DNA of 27,599 nucleotides from Escherichia coli (GTDB lineage Bacteria; Pseudomonadota; Gammaproteobacteria; Enterobacterales; Enterobacteriaceae): NCBI RefSeq assembly GCF_003334405.1, contig NZ_QOWM01000029.1; one strand, 5' to 3'. Shown piece by piece: positions 1 to 8,682 of this stretch (position 1 is its first letter; each line of letters starts with the position of its first letter). The notes under the pieces were generated by a model. It saw only the letters and a program-made list of their open reading frames with translations, ran no database searches and was not told where the DNA came from. The position numbers and the translations under genes were made by a program.

Positions 1-619
1 CCGTGGCAGAAGAGCTCACCACCCAGTGCCCGATATTGGCCTTCAGGTCCGCAGAACCAAAGACCGAGGTGTTATTGTGGCCGGTATTGGCGTTCGCGTT
101 ATAGTTCACGCGAAAGGCGCTGGTTCCGTAATCCCAGTCCACGCTCTCCGGCATCTTCACCAGTCCCTTCTGGGGAATGGACAGCGCCAGGCTCTGGGTG
201 GAGACATCAAAATCCACCTTTACTGACGGCGCTTTTGTCAGCACATAGCACTGTCGTGTGGTGTCATATCCCTCACGAAAGTAATCTGCACTGACGTAAA
301 TCCCGGCCTTCGTCAGCCATGCCTCTGTCAGACACAGTTCATTACTGTCCTGTGGTGTCACATCCAGTATCTGTTTCCCGGCCTCCTTCCCGTTCAGGGA
401 CAGGTCAACCAGATAACGCCCCGGCGCATAGCTGCCGTTCAGCGCAGCCCAAGTCTCCGGATTAACCCCGGCACCGCCCTGGATAAAGGACATATCCAGT
501 TTTTCACCTGCAACACCTGTGGCACTGGCGAAGGCAGCTGATACGGCAAGCGCAAGTGCGGCCCGACGGAAAAATACGGACGAAACCGCCTCTGCGGCTG
601 CCTTCTTTCCTGCACACAC
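1..619 (-). CDS. Fimbrial usher, N-terminal part; the gene crosses the contig junction and continues in 25697..27599 (bases 1-77 duplicate 27523-27599)
   Basis: Minus-strand frame is open from a GTG at 619 down to position 1 and is in frame with the 615-aa ORF at the window end. Manual translation gives a signal-peptide-like start (RRAALALAVSAAFASATG) then LDMSFIQGGAG, matching the conserved usher N-terminal motif. Starts 15 bp downstream of the preceding subunit gene stop. Confidence 0.75.
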   Translation of the reverse strand, partial: MCAGKKAAAEAVSSVFFRRAALALAVSAAFASATGVAGEKLDMSFIQGGAGVNPETWAALNGSYAPGRYLVDLSLNGKEAGKQILDVTPQDSNELCLTEAWLTKAGIYVSADYFREGYDTTRQCYVLTKAPSVKVDFDVSTQSLALSIPQKGLVKMPESVDWDYGTSAFRVNYNANANTGHNNTSVFGSADLKANIGHWVVSSSAT

Positions 620-633
620 AATCCATCTCTCCG

Positions 634-1176
634 TTACTGATACGTGACCACAAAGGTCAGAGCTCCCGAGTATTCCCCCGCCTTCACGTTCGCCGGAAAC
701 ACCGGCTGCGCACGAAAACGGAACTGTCCCTTAGCAGCAAACTCCACCGGGTAATTCACCGAATGACTGTCCTGAGTCAGACGCCCGCGATAATCTGCCT
801 GCGCATCCACCGCCCGCACATCCACACGAATACCATCACCGGCACCACGGGTGACCACCCCCCCTGCGTCCAGCTGTCCCGGGTTACCAAAATCCAGAGT
901 GGCGACCTGCCCTGCCTTAAAGGCTGAGCAGCCCTGAACCGTGGCACCGGACTCATACAGACGCACAGTGAAGTCACGCGGCGGTACAGACGCCCCCGTG
1001 GATCTGCGGTAAGTTCCGAATGTCAGCCTGCCACTGTTGCCTGTACTGTCCGCCTCCACCACCACATGACAGGCCGAGGCCACCACGTCAGCACTGAATA
1101 CAGTTTTCTGAACAGCGGCGTGAGAAATTCCGCTCCCTGCCAGAAGCAGAAGTACTGAAAGTAATAAATTTTTCAT
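634..1176 (-). CDS. Minor fimbrial subunit, FaeC-like (chaperone-usher pilin fold)
   Basis: 180-aa ORF with an N-terminal signal peptide ([20 protein letters not shown]) and a C-terminus ending LTFVVTYQ with the penultimate Tyr typical of donor-strand-exchange pilins. Sits immediately upstream of the usher, as faeC does in K88-type operons. Confidence 0.7.
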   Translation of the reverse strand: MKNLLLSVLLLLAGSGISHAAVQKTVFSADVVASACHVVVEADSTGNSGRLTFGTYRRSTGASVPPRDFTVRLYESGATVQGCSAFKAGQVATLDFGNPGQLDAGGVVTRGAGDGIRVDVRAVDAQADYRGRLTQDSHSVNYPVEFAAKGQFRFRAQPVFPANVKAGEYSGALTFVVTYQ

Positions 1177-1208
1177 TAATATATCCCGGTATCTACAGGT
1201 ACTGGGAT

Positions 1209-1580
1209 TTATTTTCTATGAAGATAATAAGATGCCAGTTGCCCTGCGATCTGGTTAATATGAAACAATCTCCCCATGCATATACTGAAATATCCAGCAT
1301 TAACGCCATGCCGCTTGCAAACGTCCTTTCTTGACTCGCCTACAACAAGGTGGTCGTACAATGCTTTTATGACTTTAATGCTATTTATTGGTGATATTTC
1401 TATCAGAAGATAGAACCACTCTTCTGTAAGGGAGCCTGCAAGTAACATTTTATTTCTTATCTGATTTGCGTAAATTTCGGGATGCAGTGTATCACTTTTA
1501 CAAATAGTCATTAGACACTCCGAAACAATCATGCTTTTAAATTCTTGCCCACCCTGAATGTCGCTGTGGATTATATTCAA
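1209..1580 (-). CDS. PapB-family fimbrial transcriptional regulator (FaeB/PapB/AfaA-like); true start may be the internal Met near 1532
   Basis: ORF-track protein contains [47 protein letters not shown], closely resembling the PapB-family signature. Located at the head of the fimbrial operon next to a long AT-rich regulatory region. Confidence 0.75.
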   Translation of the reverse strand: MNIIHSDIQGGQEFKSMIVSECLMTICKSDTLHPEIYANQIRNKMLLAGSLTEEWFYLLIEISPINSIKVIKALYDHLVVGESRKDVCKRHGVNAGYFSICMGRLFHINQIAGQLASYYLHRK

Positions 1581-2280
1581 GGATTGATGTAGATCAAGTG
1601 TATGTTTATGGTTTATTATTCTTTAAAATTTAATGAATATGTTTTTTTGTTCTATTTTTATCTGTTTTGTTTAGAATAAAATCTCGATAACTTTGTATTT
1701 TCAAGATAAAACACTTTTTTTCGAAAAAAAAGAAATTTGTTTTTTTCTTATAAATAAATATAACATGATGATGTTTGTGTTTTTTGTAAAATCAACTAAA
1801 TATCAATTGGTTATATTGATATCATCTGGTTTTTAAATGTGATTTTCTCTTGGTGGTTGGTGTCTCTAAAAATATCTTAATGAGATCAGAGGTAATAATA
1901 AGAAAGAGGGGGGGGGATATCAACAAAAATGATATTGCTTATCAAGAAAAGTAATGAAAAACCAGAAAAAAGAGAGCAGATAATACAGAAGCTAAAAAAC
2001 AAGAATACTTATGATTTATTTTCTTAATAATTATTCTTTACTTGTAGTACTCATCAGCCTCAGAAGTTTTATAGATGCAAGTTTTTATCTGCAGCAGCTG
2101 CAAAAAATATTAAATCAGTTGGGTAGGGGACAATGAATAAAGACGATTTGCTGAAATAGATGAAGCTCATGCGGGGAAATACACTTTTAAAAAGGCCCTT
2201 GTTGATGTAAATACTATTTTCTTAAATGGAGATACGCTGTATTTCATCAGATATCGGTTATTTTATAACGCAACCCTCCT
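1581..2280 (-). promoter_or_regulatory. AT-rich fimbrial operon regulatory/promoter region
   Basis: About 700 bp of very AT-rich non-coding DNA with long A and T tracts directly upstream of the PapB-like regulator. Two GATC sites (1592, 1884). No PapI-like ORF of 60 aa or more. Confidence 0.4.
1908..1916. repeat. Homopolymeric G9 tract inside the AT-rich fimbrial regulatory region
   Basis: Nine consecutive G residues (agaaagag GGGGGGGGG atatc) embedded in otherwise AT-rich sequence. Confidence 0.9.
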
Positions 2281-2520
2281 GCATTGATGGTCGGGGGGTT
2301 TTGTTATGAACATCATTTCCAGAATCCCCCGCAGATGCTCCTGTCGTTTCGGAATAGCCTTTGTTGCTTCATACCGTATCAGGTTGTAAGCCAGCAACAT
2401 GCCTACATATTCTGTTCCAGTAGCCCTGTATCTTGAAATTTAGTTAGCATAGTAACGAATAGATTTGGCAAGGCGTATGCAGCCTAATTCGACTAAGGTT
2501 TAAAGCTCGTCTGTAGGTGA

Positions 2521-2883
2521 TTGGCGCATGCGCTGAATCACTCATCTCATCCTCAAGCAGTTGTCGGTACTGAAGTGGCACACCGATTGGGAGAGATTAG
2601 AGATCGGAAGCCGGGAAATCAAAGTTATCATGTCAGTGGACTGACTTTATTGACGGCGACTAATTCCTTGTGGAACACAGTTTACATGGAAAGAGTGGTT
2701 GATGCTCTGAAACGTAAGGGCATGAAAATTAATGCTCAACTATTATCGCATTTATCACCATTAGGTTGGGAACACATCAATCTGACAGGAGATTATATCT
2801 GGAAAAACAACCGAATACCGACTTCAGGTAAGTTTTGTCGTTTGAGACCAGTTAAGATCGGCAAGGTCAAAAAACAACCTTAA
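2521..2883 (+). pseudogene. tnpA: Tn3-family transposase (TnpA) 3' fragment
   Basis: Translation contains the Tn3-family TnpA C-terminal signature SPLGWEHINLTGDYIW. An in-frame stop lies immediately upstream at 2518-2520, so only the C-terminal ~120 codons remain. The stop codon lies inside a GGGG-ended terminal repeat. Confidence 0.7.
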
Positions 2884-2903
2884 CGAATGGAAGGGACTTC
2901 CCC
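2866..2903 (-). repeat. Putative Tn3-family terminal inverted repeat (outer end CCCC at 2900-2903 on the plus strand)
   Basis: Reverse complement reads GGGGAAGTCCCTTCCATTCGTTAAGG, which has the GGGG outer end and CGTTAAG inner motif typical of Tn3-family IRs. Exact extent uncertain. Confidence 0.4.
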
Positions 2904-4250
2904 TAGATATGCACCTGATTAACTCTTGTGCAATTATGGGGTAAACATAGCCCAGAGGGATTCGTTATGACCATCACTACTATCGGTATCGATCTTGCTA
3001 AAAATGTGTTCGCTGTTCATGGTGTTGACCAAAATGGCAAAACCATTCTGGTGAAATCCAGAGTAACCCGCGCAGCTCTTCCCGGGCTGATTGCAAGTTT
3101 ACCGCCCTGTGTTATCGGGATGGAGGCGTGCTCCGGGGCTCATTACTGGGCAAGACTGTTTCTGCAATATGGTCATGAGCCGCGTCTGATGGCCGCTAAA
3201 TTTGTATCTCCATACCGCATGGCCGGTAAATCAGGGAAAAATGATGCAGCTGATGCTCAGGCTATCTGCGAAGCGGTTCGTCGCCCACATATGCGGTTTG
3301 TTCCAGTTAAGGACGAGAGCCAGCAGGCGATGCAGTGTCAGCATCGTACCCGACAGGGCTTTATCGAAGAGAAAACAGCAATATATAATCGTCTTCGAGG
3401 GTTGATATCAGAATTCGGCGTCATCGCCTCACAAAGTACAGATGCCCTGCGGCACATGGTTTCTGCGCAGAAGAGCTCTTTACCTCTTCAGGTTCAGCAA
3501 TGTGTTGATGATTTACTGGAACACGTTGATCGCATTGAAGCTAACATCACTGAATATGACCGAATTTTGTCCCGCATAGCCAAAACAGATCACCGCAGTC
3601 AGCGGCTGATGAAACTAAAAGGAGTTGGTCCCACAACTGCCTGTGCTCTGGTTGCCTGTATCGGTAATGCACATGATTTTAAAAATGGACGGCAACTGGC
3701 GGCCTGGCTGGGGTTGACTCCATCACAATACAGCAGCGGCGGAAAGTCGAAGTTAGGCAGGATAACAAAAACCGGTGATTCGTATCTGCGAACGCTTCTG
3801 GTACAGGGGGCTCGTTCAGTACTGATTGGCGCTGAGAAAAGGACTGACTCATTCAGTCGTTGGGTCTGTTCACTGGTCGAACGCAGAGGATACTGGCGCG
3901 CTGTTGTGGCCATCGCCGCCAAAAATGCAAGGCTGTGCTGGGCATCATTGCATTACGGTGATGATTTTAGGCTGTATTCAGCCAGCTAAAGCAGGCAGCA
4001 ACCGTATGACCATCTGATCTGCAACTCGTTGATGATAAAGGGTTAGACCCCGTGAGGTATATCTGATTATTGTACAGGATATACGTATCGGCTTAACGAA
4101 CAAGAGCCTCACGCGCGTCTTTCATCAGGGTCCGAATCGATAACGATTCATTATGACCGTTTATAGCACCGCAGTCTCTCCCCTTTATTTTTAACTGTTG
4201 TGCAGACAAACCATAAATACCGACGTTGACTGTTCGGGGAAGCCCTTATA
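2904..4250 (+). mobile_element. IS110/IS1111-family insertion sequence (IS4321/IS5075-like); boundaries approximate
   Basis: Single DEDD-type transposase ORF flanked by about 60 bp of 5' and 260 bp of 3' non-coding DNA. Left edge abuts the Tn3-type IR. Similar GGGAAG(T/C)CC motifs occur near both proposed ends (about 2892 and 4240). Confidence 0.45.
2967..3989 (+). CDS. IS110-family (DEDD) transposase
   Basis: 340-aa protein starting MTITTIGIDLAKNVF (N-terminal DEDD/RuvC-like domain) with a C-terminal region containing LKGVGPTTACALVACIGN and LGLTPSQYSSGGK, both characteristic of IS110/IS1111 transposases. Confidence 0.85.
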   Translation: MTITTIGIDLAKNVFAVHGVDQNGKTILVKSRVTRAALPGLIASLPPCVIGMEACSGAHYWARLFLQYGHEPRLMAAKFVSPYRMAGKSGKNDAADAQAICEAVRRPHMRFVPVKDESQQAMQCQHRTRQGFIEEKTAIYNRLRGLISEFGVIASQSTDALRHMVSAQKSSLPLQVQQCVDDLLEHVDRIEANITEYDRILSRIAKTDHRSQRLMKLKGVGPTTACALVACIGNAHDFKNGRQLAAWLGLTPSQYSSGGKSKLGRITKTGDSYLRTLLVQGARSVLIGAEKRTDSFSRWVCSLVERRGYWRAVVAIAAKNARLCWASLHYGDDFRLYSAS

Positions 4251-4569
4251 GTACAATAATTTTCGATATCCAAACTGACCCTTATATGTTGTGTTATCTC
4301 CCTGACATGTGATGCGTCGCGCAGGGGCGGAAAACAGCGATATGATTATTTCCTTAGCGTGGTACATTTCCGGAAAGTTGTTAATACGGAAGAAACTGGA
4401 TCACCGGAAAAACACCGTCCGGTAATTTAATTGAGTAGTTATAATACTGGAAATTATAAAATTGTGAAAATATTTCATTGGGTATAATCACTGGGATAAC
4501 ATAGAGTGATGCTGCATATCATAATTGCTATGAGTGATTATTAATCTGCAAGCCAGAAAGGAGGTCAGG

Positions 4570-4929
4570 ATGGGACGTTCAGTATCGGTGAAGATTGGTC
4601 AGAAGGTATTTAAGTCCAAAAAAGCCGCCGTAAGTTATTACATGGATCAACGGCCTGACGTGAAAGCCGTTGGGGTCATTTCAAAAGGCAGCTATTTTGA
4701 GGAGCTGAAAGAACTGTTCACCCTCTATTGCGATAGCTGTCCGGGATGGGAACTAAACGGCCGCCTGATTAAACATTTCACGGTTCAGAGCGAACCTCGT
4801 TTTACGAATGGCCGCTGGGTGTCACATCCCTGCTATAAGTTCCAGCTGAGCAACGGTGAGCTGAGACTGTTTTCGGTAAAAAAGGCAATAAATGCCATAG
4901 TCAACGTTGCTGTAGCTGAACAACGATAG
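4570..4929 (+). CDS. Hypothetical protein (about 119 aa) with CxxC and HxC motifs
   Basis: ATG at 4570 is preceded by a strong Shine-Dalgarno (AAGGAGG at 4558-4564). Upstream AT-rich region has a TATAAT-like -10 and inverted repeats (ATAATCACT / AGTGATTAT). No family recognised from sequence alone. Confidence 0.5.
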   Translation: MGRSVSVKIGQKVFKSKKAAVSYYMDQRPDVKAVGVISKGSYFEELKELFTLYCDSCPGWELNGRLIKHFTVQSEPRFTNGRWVSHPCYKFQLSNGELRLFSVKKAINAIVNVAVAEQR

Positions 4930-5038
4930 CTAAGGGCGGGATTTATCAACAGAGCATCGATACAAAAAACTATGAAAAAGAAAAACGTCAGAACCCGGGT
5001 TACTGGCAAGCGACAGCGGCTGGCACAATAGCGCTTGT

Positions 5039-5567
5039 TTGAATTACATGCCTGAGCACGGCACTGCTTACACCGAAGGTTGTCGGCGAGCTGCTGGGAT
5101 TCTGATTGGTCACATTGATGCGTCTGGACGGGACCAAGATTTTCTGGTTTATCCGGTGTTGTTTCTCTACAGGCATCACTTAGAGCTCCTTATCAAACAA
5201 ATTATTAGGCTGGCTCTGGCACTGGTAGAAGAGCCGGATAAACACAAGTACAAAAAAGATGACCATAACCTGAATAATCTATGGCCACTGGCACAAAGGC
5301 TGATCCTGGATGTTGATGACAGCTACCGGCCTTCCGATTTTTAAATCGTCAAAGAGGTGGTTAAAGCTCTTCACCTGGCTGATAAACGGGCGACAGATTT
5401 CTGATATGCCAGGAGAAATGACGGCACCCGGAGCCTTGAAGGAATTCATTACGTCACCTCCCGCTGCTTTGGGGAAAAAATGGGAGATGTTTCAGATTTA
5501 TTTGACAGGGTCGGCAACGGCCTCCGGTATCTGCTGGGCTGTAAAGCTGAATGGAATCAAATTCTGA
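5039..5567 (+). pseudogene. Decayed gene of unknown function (frameshifted; coding signal in at least two frames)
   Basis: Two overlapping ORF-track ORFs in different frames (5039..5344 and 5310..5567), and the third frame also yields protein-like peptide (…MGDVSDLFDRVGNGLRYLLGCKAEWNQILNSF). Pattern consistent with a gene broken by frameshifts. Confidence 0.3.
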
Positions 5568-5684
5568 ACAGTTTCTGACATCCAGAAACGGTGCGAAAAA
5601 TCCATCAGACTTACTTGGAAAGCCAATGATACTGAGATACAGATTATTACAGGCCTCATACCTTCTGCTACTTCTCAGGGCTCG

Positions 5685-6428
5685 ATGACCGCTCTGCCAG
5701 TGACTATCGACTATCCTGCAGCACTAGTCTTGCGGCAGATGGCGCTCGCTCAGGACGAACTACCGAAATACCTGCTCACCCCTGAAGTGAGCGCCCTGCT
5801 CCATTACGTCCCGAATCTGCGCCGCAAGATGCTGTTGGCTACACTGTGGAACACCGGTGCGCGCATTAATGAAGTTCTGGCGCTGACGCGGGGAGATTTT
5901 TCTCTCGCTCCGCCGTACCCGTTTGTGCAGCTTGCGACCCTGAAACAACGGACCGAAAAAACAGCCAGAACGGCAGGAAGAATGCCCGCCGGTCAGCAGA
6001 CTCATCGGCTGGTTCTGCTCTCCGACTCCTGGTACGTCAGCCAGCTGCAGACGATGGTGGCCACACTGAAAATCCCCATGGAACGGCGTAATAAACGAAC
6101 AGGCAGGACAGAGAAAGCGCGGATCTGGGAAGTGACGGACAGAACGGTCAGGACCTGGATTGGGGAAGCGGTTGCCGCCGCTGCCGCTGATGGTGTGACA
6201 TTCTCTGTTCCGGTCACGCCACATACGTTTCGCCATTCCTATGCGATGCACATGCTGTATGCCGGTATACCGCTGAAGGTCCTGCAGAGCCTGATGGGGC
6301 ATAAGTCCATCAGCTCAACGGAGGTCTACACGAAGGTGTTTGCGCTGGACGTGGCAGCACGGCACCGGGTGCAGTTTTCGATGCCTGAGTCCGATGCGGT
6401 CACAATGCTGAAAAACAGACACGCATAA
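5685..6428 (+). CDS. Tyrosine-type site-specific recombinase (ResD/Rsd-like multimer resolvase)
   Basis: 247-aa protein with tyrosine-recombinase motifs (LATLWNTGARINEVLALTRGDF; HTFRHSYAMHMLYAGIPLKVLQSLMGHKSISSTEVYTKV containing the H-x-x-R-H and catalytic Tyr region). Adjacent to partition genes, as plasmid resolution systems usually are. Confidence 0.8.
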   Translation: MTALPVTIDYPAALVLRQMALAQDELPKYLLTPEVSALLHYVPNLRRKMLLATLWNTGARINEVLALTRGDFSLAPPYPFVQLATLKQRTEKTARTAGRMPAGQQTHRLVLLSDSWYVSQLQTMVATLKIPMERRNKRTGRTEKARIWEVTDRTVRTWIGEAVAAAAADGVTFSVPVTPHTFRHSYAMHMLYAGIPLKVLQSLMGHKSISSTEVYTKVFALDVAARHRVQFSMPESDAVTMLKNRHA

Positions 6429-6564
6429 TTCATAAATTATAATTATGAATTGTGATTTATTCTATAAAAAAGAGACCACTGCAATATGTGATCTCTTGTA
6501 TGCAAGGGTGCTTAAACAGTATGAATTCAGAAGTGTGATTTCATAAGTTATAACTTCTTGATTA
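6429..6564. promoter_or_regulatory. Candidate second centromere-like repeat region (parC2-like) downstream of parB
   Basis: AT-rich intergenic DNA with repeated TGAATTGTGATTT / GTGTGATTTCATAAGTT motifs that recur in the parA-parM intergenic region. Confidence 0.35.
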
Positions 6565-6840
6565 TTACGTTAGTGTTTTTAAGTATTGCTCAAGGGCTAC
6601 TCTGACGATGGCACTTACATTTTTTGGATCTTTACCATTGCGTTTATTCCTCAATGCCAGATCTTCTATTGTGACAAGCATGCTTTCACCAAGAGAGATT
6701 GTCGTCCGACATTGTTTTTCTGGTTCGGGTTTTTCCGGCGCGCCGTATGGTTTATCCGCAAGGCGCTGTGCCAGAGCCTCTGCTTGTTCTACCGTAACTG
6801 CAGCTCTGTTTAATGCTTGCTGGCTGGGTTTCTTCACCAT
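6565..6840 (-). CDS. parB: Partition protein ParB (small DNA-binding centromere-binding protein of a type Ib par locus)
   Basis: 91-aa ORF whose start overlaps the parA stop (operon coupling). Size and arrangement match the pB171 par2 ParB as recalled from the literature. Confidence 0.65.
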   Translation of the reverse strand: MVKKPSQQALNRAAVTVEQAEALAQRLADKPYGAPEKPEPEKQCRTTISLGESMLVTIEDLALRNKRNGKDPKNVSAIVRVALEQYLKTLT

Positions 6841-7478
6841 GGGCCAAATACCTCATTCATTAAATGTTCAATTTCTGCTCTGGCTGCTGTATTGTTCGTT
6901 TCAACTACACCGGTGCCGTTGCTCATGCAATCGCGATAGACTTTTCTGAAACAAATAACTGAATCCAGGACTTGAATTGTTGGGAATTCTTCAAGATATT
7001 CAAGGAATTCTTTTCTCTCATTTCCCCTCAAAACCGGGTTGGTTGTTGCCATACTTTGTAAACAATAAACCTTAAGTTCCGGGTTAAGGTTACGCATTGC
7101 GTCTATCTGTTGTTCTAGTTCTGTAAGAGTATCCAGATCTGGTTGAGAACACTGTAGTGGCGCAATTATTTGATGTGCGACAACTCCACTCGTTATGAAT
7201 TCCTTTGAGTTTCTTCCTGCGACATCCACTATTACATCATCGAACTTTTCATTCAGAGCCTGTAATGTTTGTGTCAGGTTATCAAATTTCTCAACAAGGG
7301 TTATTGCTGGTAACAGTCCTGCAGCTTCTCGTTCCGCATGATGTTTTGCGGCAGTTCGTTGTAGATCTCCGTTTAACAGGCAGACTTCCCTTCCTTTATT
7401 TGCGAGAGCAATAGCCAGGTTTGATGCAATGGTAGTTTTCCCTGAACCACCTTTGTTCCCACCAACTACAGTAATCAT
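6834..7478 (-). CDS. parA: Partition ATPase ParA (Walker-type, small type Ib)
   Basis: 214-aa protein beginning MITVVGGNKGGSGKTT (deviant Walker A motif of the ParA/MinD family). Confidence 0.9.
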   Translation of the reverse strand: MITVVGGNKGGSGKTTIASNLAIALANKGREVCLLNGDLQRTAAKHHAEREAAGLLPAITLVEKFDNLTQTLQALNEKFDDVIVDVAGRNSKEFITSGVVAHQIIAPLQCSQPDLDTLTELEQQIDAMRNLNPELKVYCLQSMATTNPVLRGNERKEFLEYLEEFPTIQVLDSVICFRKVYRDCMSNGTGVVETNNTAARAEIEHLMNEVFGPW

Positions 7479-7706
7479 TACAACCTCATAAATGTGATGT
7501 GTGAAGTATGATGATATTTTGACACGGTAACCTGGGGTGTCAATATGTGTTCATATTTATGAAGTATGAAATATGAAGTGTGTCATATGATATAATAAAT
7601 AACACTTGTGTTTTATGATTTCATAACTATGATAGTTCTCAAATTGAGTATTACCTTGCAACCAGAAACAGTGATTTACTCAGATTGAGTATTTAAGGGG
7701 TTATAG
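7479..7706. promoter_or_regulatory. Divergent promoter / centromere-like repeat region (parC) between parA and parM
   Basis: 228-bp AT-rich spacer between divergently transcribed parA and parM, with multiple short direct repeats (GAAGTATGA, ATGAAGTGTG, TGATTTCATAACTATGAT). Confidence 0.6.
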
Positions 7707-8678
7707 ATGAACGTATACTGCGATGATGGTTCAACAACAATCAAGTTGGCATGGAATGACAATGGGAAAATCTGTAAGTCGTTGTCTCAAAACTCATTTC
7801 GTCATGGATGGAAGGTTGACGGGTTAGGGATTCGCCAGACATTTAACTATGAACTGGATGGTAAGAAATACACGTATGATGAAGTTAGCAACCAATCTAT
7901 TCTTACGACTCATATTGAGTATCAATATACGGATGTTAACCTGTTAGCTGTGCATCACGCTTTACTGAATAGTGGATTAGCTCCTCAGCCTGTATCATTG
8001 ACTGTGACTTTGCCTATCAGTGAGTTCTACACGAAAGAGTGTCAAAAAAATGAACTCAACATTCAGCGTAAAATTGAGAATTTAATGAGGCCGATTCGTC
8101 TTAATAAAGGCGATGTTTTCACCATTGAACACGTTGATGTGATGCCTGAATCATTGCCAGCTGTGTTTTCTCGTCTGATCATGGATAAAGTTGGTCAATT
8201 CGAAAAATCGCTGGTAGTTGATATTGGCGGCACTACGCTTGATGTTGGTGTTATCGTTGGTCAATTTGACTCTGTAAGTGCCATTCATGGTAATTCTGGC
8301 ATTGGTGTGTCTTCAGTTACGAAAGCTGCAATGAGTGCATTGCGCATGGCATCCAGTGATACCAGTTTCCTCGTTGCAGATGAATTGATTAAACGTCGTA
8401 ATGACCCGGACTTTGTTCGGCAGGTTATAAATGACGAAACAAAAACTGATCTGGTCCTTAATACCATTGAGGGGGCTATTGCCAGTCTGGGGGAGCAAGT
8501 AGTCAATGAGCTCGGTGATTTTCATCATGTGAATCGTGTTTATGTTGTCGGTGGTGGGGCCCCGTTGATCTATGATTCGATAAAAACGGCATGGCACCAT
8601 CTTGGGCAAAAAGTAGTGATGATGGAGTCGCCACAGACAGCACTGGTTGAAGCTATCGCGGCTTTCAAAGAGGAGTAA
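7707..8678 (+). CDS. parM: Actin-like plasmid segregation ATPase ParM (StbA)
   Basis: 323-aa protein beginning MNVYCDDGSTTIKLAW…, matching the ParM/StbA N-terminal phosphate-binding motif (DDGSTNIKL in R1 ParM) and size. Confidence 0.9.
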   Translation: MNVYCDDGSTTIKLAWNDNGKICKSLSQNSFRHGWKVDGLGIRQTFNYELDGKKYTYDEVSNQSILTTHIEYQYTDVNLLAVHHALLNSGLAPQPVSLTVTLPISEFYTKECQKNELNIQRKIENLMRPIRLNKGDVFTIEHVDVMPESLPAVFSRLIMDKVGQFEKSLVVDIGGTTLDVGVIVGQFDSVSAIHGNSGIGVSSVTKAAMSALRMASSDTSFLVADELIKRRNDPDFVRQVINDETKTDLVLNTIEGAIASLGEQVVNELGDFHHVNRVYVVGGGAPLIYDSIKTAWHHLGQKVVMMESPQTALVEAIAAFKEE

Positions 8679-8682
8679 TATT

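Noticed and set aside
26-927. Plus-strand ORFs 26..226 and 556..927 (66 and 123 aa), and minus ORF 439..621
   Set aside because: They lie antisense to or out of frame with the usher and FaeC-like genes, have no recognisable motifs, and are best explained as shadow ORFs in GC-rich coding DNA.
1581-2280. Search for a PapI/FaeA-like small regulator and for CRISPR-like or tandem repeats in the AT-rich region
   Set aside because: No ORF with PapI-like features was found. The only small ORF (about 32 aa, 1929-2027) is Lys-rich low-complexity. A/T tracts are irregular, not spaced repeats, so no CRISPR array.
3202-4017. ORFs 3202..3405, 3599..3922 (minus) and 3826..4017 inside or overlapping the IS110-family transposase gene
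   Set aside because: Overlapping alternative-frame ORFs within a well-supported transposase coding sequence; no independent support.
5760-6302. 180-aa minus-strand ORF antisense to the tyrosine recombinase
   Set aside because: Entirely contained within the recombinase gene on the opposite strand; Arg/Gly-rich composition typical of GC-rich antisense frames.
6586-6949. Plus-strand ORFs 6586..6813 and 6608..6949 overlapping parB/parA
   Set aside because: Antisense to the ParA/ParB genes, which have strong family signatures; treated as spurious.
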